Shown here one piece after another: positions 16,884-24,561 of a DNA stretch of 64,000 bases. The notes beneath the pieces are model-generated. The model was not told the DNA's origin. It saw only the letters and a program-made list of their open reading frames with translations, and searched no databases. Within the stretch, counting starts at the first letter, position 1. Each line of letters begins with the position of its first letter. The position numbers were made by a program, and so were the translations under genes. Source of the stretch: an uncultured Candidatus Saccharibacteria bacterium. GTDB lineage: Bacteria; Patescibacteriota; Doudnabacteria; UBA920. Location of the stretch: contig CAZHIA010000001.1 in NCBI GenBank assembly GCA_964532425.1, positions 44,889 through 108,888 on the forward strand, read 5' to 3'.

Positions 16884-19718
16884 ATGAGAGTTAGTAAACT
16901 TAATAGGTGTTTATTAGTGTTGGGCTGCTTAGCTCTACTAGGCGGTCAAGTAAGAATAGCGGCGAATGCTACTAGTGCTATTGTAGTCTGTGACCCAGGC
17001 TATAATGCTGGTAACTCTCCTATACAAGGTATTCCTACATATGATTACGGAACGGACGGAATGGTCCGTTTTCATTTTACCTTGGATGGTAATGGCTGGG
17101 CTCCCTCAAATAATTTTGTGGCCGTGTATGGAGAGAATTGTGAGTACCTTTATACAAAAGGTTATACGTACGCAAGTTCAGGTAGTATTCCGCAAGGTGT
17201 AATTCATCTTATGGTGAAAGCGCAAGAAGTAACACCAGGAGGCGGGTGGTATGTGTTCACAGCTTATGACGAGGACACAAACGAACCGGTAGGACTGGGA
17301 GGTATGCCGACCCAAGTAAACGAGCCGTTTGTTAGCTTTGCAATTTTACAGAACCCTAGCTACTACGTGTACAACGGAGCCAAAAGCCCTGCTGTGCCAG
17401 TGAGAGATCCGACACGAATGATTTCTAAGACCCCGGTATTGATTGTGCCAGGGGTGATGGGTACTGAATTAAAGATGGAGGGTGAGTTACTTTGGGTTGA
17501 TCTAGATAGAATGTTGGGTGATGTTGGTGACCAGTTTATGGATAAGTTGCAATTTAAGGAAGATCTTCAACCCGAAAATGAGAGTGTGTCACCAGATCAA
17601 GTAATTGCGCAAAAACCGTTATTTGATTACACGGGCTCTTTGGCTGATGAATTTAAAACCCAAGGGTATACCGAAAATCAGGATCTCTTTACTTTCCCAT
17701 ATGACTGGCGTTACGGGGTAACTGGAGTCGTAGATACTACAACAGGTAAAACAACGGTCGACTTACTGCAGCAAAGAATTGAGGAAATTAGTCAGCAAAC
17801 AGGAAGTTCTCAGGTGGATGTAATCGCACATAGCACTGGTGGCTTATTGGTGAAAAAGTATGTTATGGATCACCCGGATTCTCATCGGATTCGTAAGGCT
17901 GTATTTGTAGGTGTGCCAAACGTCGGCGCTCCCAAAGCCATAAAAACTCTTTTGATGGGGGATGGGTTTGGTATCCCTTGGCTTGCCGACGGAGAAATGC
18001 TAAAACTGTCTCAAAATCTTCCGGTTGTTTATGACCTCATGCCTAGTGCTCAATATTACTCTGTTCATACTAGCCCTATAAACATCCTTTCGGGTAAGGT
18101 TTTTGTTTCCGAGATGAAAAATCTTTCTTATGATGAATCCATTTCTTATTTGACAGAAAAAGGATTGAACATTTCTGCAATAACACAATCGCAGTCATTG
18201 CATTCAAGATCGTTCGATAGTTATGACATGAGGACGGCAGGTGTGGATGTATATAATATTGTCGGGTGTAAATCAGGGACTGTGACGCAAGTGTTGGACT
18301 ACGAACATCAAGACGGATCCCATATTAGATATGACGTGTATGAAGAAGGGACAGGTGATGGAACAGTACCGCTCGAGAGTTCAACTTATTTGCCAGTAAA
18401 CGATGACCATAAATTTTATGCGTTAAAGACAGAGCATGCGAAAATGTTGAGCCAGGATGGTGTTCGCCAGACAATTGTTAATGTTGTGTCCGGAGCCAAT
18501 CTTGCAGTCAGTGATAAAGCTGTTACCTCAGACATTGGAAAGTGTAAGTTGAAGGGGAAGGCTGTGGCTATATATAGTCCAGTTGATATTCAAATTTCCG
18601 ACCAATTTGGTAATAAACTAGGACTCGCGGAGGATGGGAGTATACAAAACACAATTCCCGGTGCGGATTTTGAAATCATGGGTGAACACAAGTATGCATT
18701 TTTGCCCGATGAGGATGGTGAAGTATATTCTTTAAATTTAAAAGGTACCGGGACCGGGCTCTTTACCGTGAAAGTTGATGATATTGATGGTTCGGTGATA
18801 GGCTCAAAAATCTTTGCGAGTCTCACCGTTACCCCTTCGCTAGTGGGTACCTTGTCTTTAACTGGGGACACTAAGATGGATTTGGACACGAATAATGATG
18901 GTTCAGTGGACCAGGAACTAACACCTTCAACACTTTCAAACCCCTCCCAATCCCAAGACTATCTTCCTCCCATCTCCACCTCCACCCTTTCTGGCATTAT
19001 GGGACAGGCGGGGTTTTATAGGAGCGAGGTGGTGGTGGCGCTGAATGCGACGGATACGGTGGTGTCGGGACTTGAGGATCAGACTTCCGGTGTTTTGGAC
19101 GTGCGCTATGCGCTGGACGACCATTCATCCAATCCATCCTATTCTTCCTATGCCAGCCCTATCACTGTTTCCACCGAAGGTCCTCACACCCTCTCGTTCT
19201 ATTCCGTGGACCGGGCGGGGAATAGGGAAGCGGTGCAGACGATTAATTTTACCATCGACAAAACCGCGCCAGAGGTTTCTTTGCAGTTTGACCAGAATGC
19301 AAAGGATCTGGTTTTCAGCGGCATCGACAATTCTCCGGTCTCGGTCAGCGACAAGGACGACATTATTACCGTAACCGATCAGGCCGGCAATGCCACAGTT
19401 ATGAAGCTCAAAGACAAGAACCGCAAGCGCTCGCTGAAGGCTGAAATTAAATCCATTAGCTACAACGGGCAGGTTGCGGATCTTTCTAAGAACAGCATGG
19501 CGTTCTCCTGGGCCTATGACAGAAAGGACAAAGACAAGCTTGTCTTGCTTTCGCAAATCGTGACTGCGAAAAAAGACTACCTCGTCTCAGCCATCTACAA
19601 TGGCAAGTCTACGGTGCTGCTTGGCCGTGACGCTTCGGGCAAAATAAAGAAAACTCTCCCCGGCCTGACTCTCCTCAAAATTGCCACCTCCACCGGCGAC
19701 TTGAATTGGAGTTATTAG
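16884..19718 (+). CDS. secreted LCAT/PGAP1-like alpha/beta hydrolase, fused through an S/T/P linker to a chitobiase-C-like Ig domain and a C-terminal region
   Basis: Signal peptide. PVLIVPGVMGTELK is LCAT-like. Nucleophile elbow VIAHSTGGL. A YYSVDRAGNRE-type beta-sandwich motif. The 5' 2 kb is AT-rich and the 3' 0.8 kb is GC-rich. Confidence 0.65.
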   Translation: MRVSKLNRCLLVLGCLALLGGQVRIAANATSAIVVCDPGYNAGNSPIQGIPTYDYGTDGMVRFHFTLDGNGWAPSNNFVAVYGENCEYLYTKGYTYASSGSIPQGVIHLMVKAQEVTPGGGWYVFTAYDEDTNEPVGLGGMPTQVNEPFVSFAILQNPSYYVYNGAKSPAVPVRDPTRMISKTPVLIVPGVMGTELKMEGELLWVDLDRMLGDVGDQFMDKLQFKEDLQPENESVSPDQVIAQKPLFDYTGSLADEFKTQGYTENQDLFTFPYDWRYGVTGVVDTTTGKTTVDLLQQRIEEISQQTGSSQVDVIAHSTGGLLVKKYVMDHPDSHRIRKAVFVGVPNVGAPKAIKTLLMGDGFGIPWLADGEMLKLSQNLPVVYDLMPSAQYYSVHTSPINILSGKVFVSEMKNLSYDESISYLTEKGLNISAITQSQSLHSRSFDSYDMRTAGVDVYNIVGCKSGTVTQVLDYEHQDGSHIRYDVYEEGTGDGTVPLESSTYLPVNDDHKFYALKTEHAKMLSQDGVRQTIVNVVSGANLAVSDKAVTSDIGKCKLKGKAVAIYSPVDIQISDQFGNKLGLAEDGSIQNTIPGADFEIMGEHKYAFLPDEDGEVYSLNLKGTGTGLFTVKVDDIDGSVIGSKIFASLTVTPSLVGTLSLTGDTKMDLDTNNDGSVDQELTPSTLSNPSQSQDYLPPISTSTLSGIMGQAGFYRSEVVVALNATDTVVSGLEDQTSGVLDVRYALDDHSSNPSYSSYASPITVSTEGPHTLSFYSVDRAGNREAVQTINFTIDKTAPEVSLQFDQNAKDLVFSGIDNSPVSVSDKDDIITVTDQAGNATVMKLKDKNRKRSLKAEIKSISYNGQVADLSKNSMAFSWAYDRKDKDKLVLLSQIVTAKKDYLVSAIYNGKSTVLLGRDASGKIKKTLPGLTLLKIATSTGDLNWSY

Positions 19719-19727
19719 TCTTATACG

Positions 19728-19772
19728 TCCTATTTGTCCTATTAGACCTATCTGCCCTATAGGTCCTATTCA
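19728..19772. repeat. period-9 tandem array (5 units, GTCCTATTn-like) directly after the hydrolase stop
   Basis: tcctatttg tcctattag acctatctg ccctatagg tcctattca. Confidence 0.75.
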
Positions 19773-19812
19773 AAATGCGCTATAATTAAAGCAAATTATA
19801 TTTAAACTTTTT

Positions 19813-20463
19813 ATGCAAGAAAAAGGATTCAGCGGGGCAGAGGCAAGCCTTGAGACCGAGTCTAAATTGTTTGGGGTTATAACGGAAGACCAAGCACGGG
19901 CTATTTGCGGCTCGCCGGAAAAGTTCGAGCAGGTAAAAGATGACTTTGTATCTCATGGCCAGCATGAATACTTGCTCAAAGGCGGTGGCAAGCTGGTCTT
20001 TCATCCCCGGGAGAACGAATGGACCATGAGTGGTTATGGAGACCGCAGTGATATTAAAGACGTCTTAGAAGCGGTGGAAGCGGGCTATACCGGTTTTATA
20101 GACGGCGAGCATGGGACTATGGAATATATAGACGGTGCGGACATTTCCAAAGCCCCTGATCGGGAAAAAATTTACAGCCTGGCTAGTCGCGTGGGGGTGG
20201 AGATCTCACTGTTCAACCGCGCCTTCCTGCAGGTCATAGAAGTTCGTCCGCATTTGAAGTTTAAAATTTATTCCAGCGGGTTTGGTGGGGAGCATAGCAT
20301 TTTGGAAGTTCAAAACGCGATCAAGGCAGGTAAGCCACTCCTGGCCGAAGATGCCGAAGAGCGGGTCAAGGACAGCATTGCCAGAATGGACAGTTTCCAA
20401 AGAATGTATGGCGAACCACTTTACGACCCCAACTCCATCGACAACCGTCCTAAGAAGAAATAA
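19813..20463 (+). CDS. hypothetical protein (216 aa)
   Basis: Clean ORF; no recognisable domain. Confidence 0.5.
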   Translation: MQEKGFSGAEASLETESKLFGVITEDQARAICGSPEKFEQVKDDFVSHGQHEYLLKGGGKLVFHPRENEWTMSGYGDRSDIKDVLEAVEAGYTGFIDGEHGTMEYIDGADISKAPDREKIYSLASRVGVEISLFNRAFLQVIEVRPHLKFKIYSSGFGGEHSILEVQNAIKAGKPLLAEDAEERVKDSIARMDSFQRMYGEPLYDPNSIDNRPKKK

Positions 20464-20654
20464 CCTCCCTGTTTTAAATGTAATGCAGGCTCTTGGCCTG
20501 CTTGCAGGTGCAGTACTCTCCTCCTGGGATAGGAGGAGTACCCGCCACAGGCGGGGGAGGTGGTATAGAGAAGTTGCGATGTAAATGTAGTGCAGTCCCT
20601 TGGCCTGCCTGCTTGTAGGGAACGGTTTGAAACCGTTCCCAACGGATCCAAGAT

Positions 20655-20885
20655 ATGTCCAAACATTCCAAAGAATCAGAACAATATCTGCGCGATATGC
20701 AGGACTGGCAGAACAAGCAATACCTCCCCGGGGCCTATACCGGCCACGAGATGCCTTTTGCAGTTAAACAATTGGGTAAGAAAAAATGGTTCCGCATTTG
20801 GACAGTTTTCTATCTTATTGTCTTTTTTGTCTTGGTCATTTTTGGTTTGGTGCAAATGGCAATTTATATTCTGCATTCGCGATAG
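20655..20885 (+). CDS. hypothetical small membrane protein (76 aa, one TM)
   Basis: ORF with a C-terminal hydrophobic helix; preferred over the overlapping 20590 ORF, which reads through repeat sequence. Confidence 0.4.
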   Translation: MSKHSKESEQYLRDMQDWQNKQYLPGAYTGHEMPFAVKQLGKKKWFRIWTVFYLIVFFVLVIFGLVQMAIYILHSR

Positions 20886-20958
20886 CTTTATGGCATTTTT
20901 GTCATCAATTTGGTATTTTTTCCTTAGCCCGCCTAACGGGGTTCGGGCAGCGAGGAAA

Positions 20959-21489
20959 ATGGTCAAGCGCATTCATAAGCGGTTGTTGCGGCTGATTTTT
21001 AATCCTACATATTGGGCAGCAGTGGATTACTTCCATATGGATGATGAAGAGGAAGAAAAGATTGTTAGCCTCTTGCGGTTTAATGCCCTTGCCATGACCC
21101 AACTTATGTTGGATTTTGCCGCAGATTCAGTGCATAACCCGGATCAGCGTGAGTTGTACCGCGAGACTAAGAACTGTTTGATTTCGGAATTCTTGGCAAC
21201 GCTTCAGCCGGACGATGACGAAGAGGGGGACGGAGATGCCGGATGGCGACAAATGGTAGCCATCCAGTACGAGCAATTGCGGCAGACGCATGATGCTTTA
21301 AAAGACCAACTGCCCGATCCTAAGCTTATCAACAACTGGGTTCTCGTTACCACGCTGAATACGTACATTAATATTCGGGAGAAAGAACCGGACTCTGAAG
21401 ATGACTTGTTCGAACTGCTTTATAATACCTTTGGAGAAATGTCCTCCGATGTCCTTGATCCTGTCATTAGCGAACTAAAACGGATTTGA
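20959..21489 (+). CDS. hypothetical acidic protein
   Basis: GAGGA immediately upstream of ATG 20959. The 5' part of the track's ORF 20590.. lies in a repeat, so it is trimmed. Confidence 0.45.
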   Translation: MVKRIHKRLLRLIFNPTYWAAVDYFHMDDEEEEKIVSLLRFNALAMTQLMLDFAADSVHNPDQRELYRETKNCLISEFLATLQPDDDEEGDGDAGWRQMVAIQYEQLRQTHDALKDQLPDPKLINNWVLVTTLNTYINIREKEPDSEDDLFELLYNTFGEMSSDVLDPVISELKRI

Positions 21490-21644
21490 GATTTGAGCTG
21501 TTTCCCTCTTCTCCTTCCAGGAGAAGATGTCCGCCTCCGGCGGACAGATGAGGTGATTATGTAGTGCAAGCCATTGACCTGCTGTTTCCTGTAGGGGCGG
21601 ATAGTATCCGCCGAAATCAAATAGTGTCATCCGGAATAAAAATA

Positions 21645-21674
21645 CCAGCACCAAAATTTGGTGCTGGCTTTTGT
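21645..21674. terminator. bidirectional terminator
   Basis: CCAGCACC-aaaattt-GGTGCTGG followed by CTTTTGT. Confidence 0.7.
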
Positions 21675-21699
21675 AATGGCACACGAGTGCCGTTTTGTG

Positions 21700-22779
21700 T
21701 CAGACTGTTGCACGTTTGAGAGTAGCAGGCAGTGGCTCCATTTCCATGACCGCTTTGCGGAGTGCTTCGGCTGCACGCTCGGGCGGCAGGGGGTTAATGT
21801 AGTACCCGGTGCTGAATTCGAATCCGGCAACCTTGGTGATGCGCGGAATAATGCGCAGGCGCCAGCGGAAGAATTCCTCGGGCTTGCAGTACACGTTGGG
21901 CGGGGCTTCCTCGAGGAACATATTAAACGGCGGCAAGTACTTGAGGACCTTGTCCAGGGCCTTGAACGACATACTCATCATGGTGGCCAGTTCCTGGAAC
22001 TGGGCGCGGTTGTCGGTCAGCCGGGCCGTACTCTTCAGGGGCAGGATGGTCATTTCGAACGGGACCTTGCTGGCATACGGGCAGTAGCAGAGGAAATTGC
22101 CGCTGTGGCGCACGACCAGTTTGTGCTGGTCGGCCTGGTTGATGGCGTCCTGGAAAATGTCGCGGTTGTGCTGCTGCTGGTATTCGCGGCAGCGGAACAG
22201 CCGGTGATTGATCTTCTCCGGAACATCCGGCAAGGCAATAATCTGCCAGTGCGGATGCTCCAGGCTGGCGCCGGCTTCGCTGCCGAAGTTCTTGAATAGC
22301 TGGACGTAGCGGATCCGCTCGTGGCTGTACAGCGCGGAGAAGCGGTCGTCGGCCACCTGCAGGACGTTGAGGAGTTTCCAGACCGGCATGGCCGAGATTT
22401 CCTCGTTGTGCACGGCGGTCTCAATAATGACTTCGTGCGCGCCGAACGCGTTGGTAATAACCGAACTGCCGGCATCCTGAATGACGAACGCGGACCGCTC
22501 TTCGGGCGTGGCGGCAGGGTACTTGTTGGGCACGACGCGGAGCGTCCACTTCTGGCCGGGTTCGCCGAGCCGGATAATTTCCGGCGGGGGAACCATGTCC
22601 TCGTTACCGGTACAGAACGGGCACTTGGGATCGTGGCACGGCTTTTCGAGCTTGGCTTCGACATCAACTTTCTTTGCAAAATCGTCGGGGCGCATGGCCC
22701 GGTCGGTTGCAACAATGACCGGAGTCTCGCTGATCAATGATCGCCTGATATCTGACATACAGGCCTCCTTTGCACCCAT
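21700..22779 (-). CDS. galT: galactose-1-phosphate uridylyltransferase (HIT superfamily)
   Basis: CPFCTGNE zinc motif and the SLEHPHWQI HPH active-site motif. Confidence 0.8.
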   Translation of the reverse strand: MGAKEACMSDIRRSLISETPVIVATDRAMRPDDFAKKVDVEAKLEKPCHDPKCPFCTGNEDMVPPPEIIRLGEPGQKWTLRVVPNKYPAATPEERSAFVIQDAGSSVITNAFGAHEVIIETAVHNEEISAMPVWKLLNVLQVADDRFSALYSHERIRYVQLFKNFGSEAGASLEHPHWQIIALPDVPEKINHRLFRCREYQQQHNRDIFQDAINQADQHKLVVRHSGNFLCYCPYASKVPFEMTILPLKSTARLTDNRAQFQELATMMSMSFKALDKVLKYLPPFNMFLEEAPPNVYCKPEEFFRWRLRIIPRITKVAGFEFSTGYYINPLPPERAAEALRKAVMEMEPLPATLKRATV

Positions 22780-22835
22780 TGTAGTCCAAAGCTAACTTAA
22801 TAGCAAAGGCTGGTGAAATAACCTTCTCCACATAG

Positions 22836-23200
22836 GTGTAGTGCAGGCCCTCTTGTCCGCCGAAGCCTTGGCGAAGGTGGATGACCTGCTCAGCCCCTGT
22901 AGGGGCGGATACCATCCGCCCGGGATTAAAGCAGACGAGGTAGAATGGTAAGTTTAAGCTGTCAGTAAATGTAGTGCAGGCCCTCGGCCTGCTGGGAGAT
23001 GGCGTTTCTCCCTCTCCTTATTCGCAGATCTGCCATAGTTTTAACGTAGGAGGACATAGGAGAGGATGAAGGTGAGGTTATTGACACAGAGAGTACTGAA
23101 GGTAGAGGTTGCAGTCACCCCCTCTCCTTGCATAGGAGAGGGTAGGGGTGAGGTTATTTGGTGTATGTAGTGCAGGCCCTTGGCCTGCAAGGTGCAGGAG
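22836..23200. repeat. cluster of hairpin repeats: family D (TGTAGTGCAGGCCCTTGGCCTGC; copies at 22838, 22968 and 23165), family E (22897) and CTCTCC/GGAGAG palindromes (23108-23160)
   Basis: Several dispersed families sit together here. D copies elsewhere: 9632, 9681, 20478, 20585, 21560, 46459 and 46517. Confidence 0.8.
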
Positions 23201-23272
23201 TTTAAATCCAATTCGCCATCATCTTCAAAACAAGTTACAATTAAGACAAGAAATTCTTAATTTGAAACACAT

Positions 23273-23536
23273 ATGGACCAAGTTTATAACAATTGCCAGA
23301 GCTGCGGCATGCCGCTCAAACGCGATCCTCAAAACGGGGGAACGAATGCGGATGGCAGCAAATCGACCATGTACTGCAGCTATTGTTATGTGAATGGCCA
23401 GTTTATGAATCCCACCATGACCGCCCAAGAGATGCAGGTCTTCTGCAAAGGCAAGTTAAAAGAAATGGGGTACCCTGGTTTTGTTGCCTCATTCCTCACT
23501 TGGAACATCCCCCGCCTCGCCCGGTGGAAGAAGTAA
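23273..23536 (+). CDS. zinc-ribbon domain protein (87 aa)
   Basis: CQSCGMPL...CSYCYVNG, i.e. two CxxC pairs. Confidence 0.55.
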   Translation: MDQVYNNCQSCGMPLKRDPQNGGTNADGSKSTMYCSYCYVNGQFMNPTMTAQEMQVFCKGKLKEMGYPGFVASFLTWNIPRLARWKK

Positions 23537-23798
23537 TCTGCATTTTCTCCTCTCCTTATGAGGAGAGGGATTAAGGGAGAGGTTGCAGTCACCCCCTCTC
23601 CTTGCATAGGAGAGGGTAGGGGTGAGGTTATAAACCCTCCTCTCTTTGCTCGAAGATCCAACGCAGCCTCGCGCGAAGTTGGATAAAGAGAGGGGTTAGG
23701 GGTTCCGTTGCATTTCCCCCTCTCTTTGTCTAAAGAGAGGGGTTAGGGGTGAGTTTAAAGCTAGGCACTATTTACTCGTTACTATTTACTCGTTCCCA

Positions 23799-24344
23799 AT
23801 GACCTGGAAAACCCACGCCGCCATCGGCGCCAATAGTATTTGGCTTGTTCCATTTTTCAGCACGGTCGACCAGACCATGCTTATGTATTTAATCGTGGCC
23901 GTAGTGGCCAGCCTTTTGCCAGACATCGACGCTGTCACCGCCAAAATCCATTACATTGGCGGGGGAGCGCTTGGTATTTTCCGCGGCATGTTCCGGGGCA
24001 AGCTCTTTCACCACCGTGGTATGATGCATTCCGTCTTCGTGGCACTGTTGTTCTCTATGATAATCTGGATCTTTTCGCGTCACACGTACCCAATGCTCGG
24101 CGCGGTCTTCTTTGTTGCCTACCTGAGCCACTCCGTCATTGACGGCTTTAACACTTCGGTGGGATTTCTCTACCCCTTCATCCCCAAACGCTTCGCCCTC
24201 GTCCCCAAACCCCTCCAATCTCACGTCGGCGGCCTCACCGACAACCTCTTCCTCTTCATCGGCCTCCTCGGCCTATTGCTATTCTTTATGACCTTCCGCG
24301 ATCAGCTTCTATTAAACAACCTCTCCACTCTCCCGAAATATTAG
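23799..24344 (+). CDS. YdjM-family membrane-bound metal-dependent hydrolase
   Basis: LLPDID, HHRGMMHS and HSVIDGFN motifs with TM helices. Confidence 0.6.
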   Translation: MTWKTHAAIGANSIWLVPFFSTVDQTMLMYLIVAVVASLLPDIDAVTAKIHYIGGGALGIFRGMFRGKLFHHRGMMHSVFVALLFSMIIWIFSRHTYPMLGAVFFVAYLSHSVIDGFNTSVGFLYPFIPKRFALVPKPLQSHVGGLTDNLFLFIGLLGLLLFFMTFRDQLLLNNLSTLPKY

Positions 24345-24561
24345 CTGTAGTATTTCCTCTCCTTGTCCAAGGAGAGGTGGAATGAGGTAATCCCCATTGT
24401 GTCATTCCGACCTACGACAGTGTCCGCCGTAGCTTTACGCGAAGGCTGGAGCCGGAATCCATGCCATACAGAACATCCTACCCGCCCATTTGGCGGGTTT
24501 TTTAAATGGGTGTAAAATACTTATAGAATGGCTGTTTTTGATAGCTTAATTACAGAAATGC

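Noticed and set aside
22050-22715. 221-aa alternative-frame minus ORF inside galT
   Set aside because: It is a Pro/Ser/Arg-rich translation typical of the wrong frame in GC-rich DNA. The galT frame carries the HPH and CPFC motifs.
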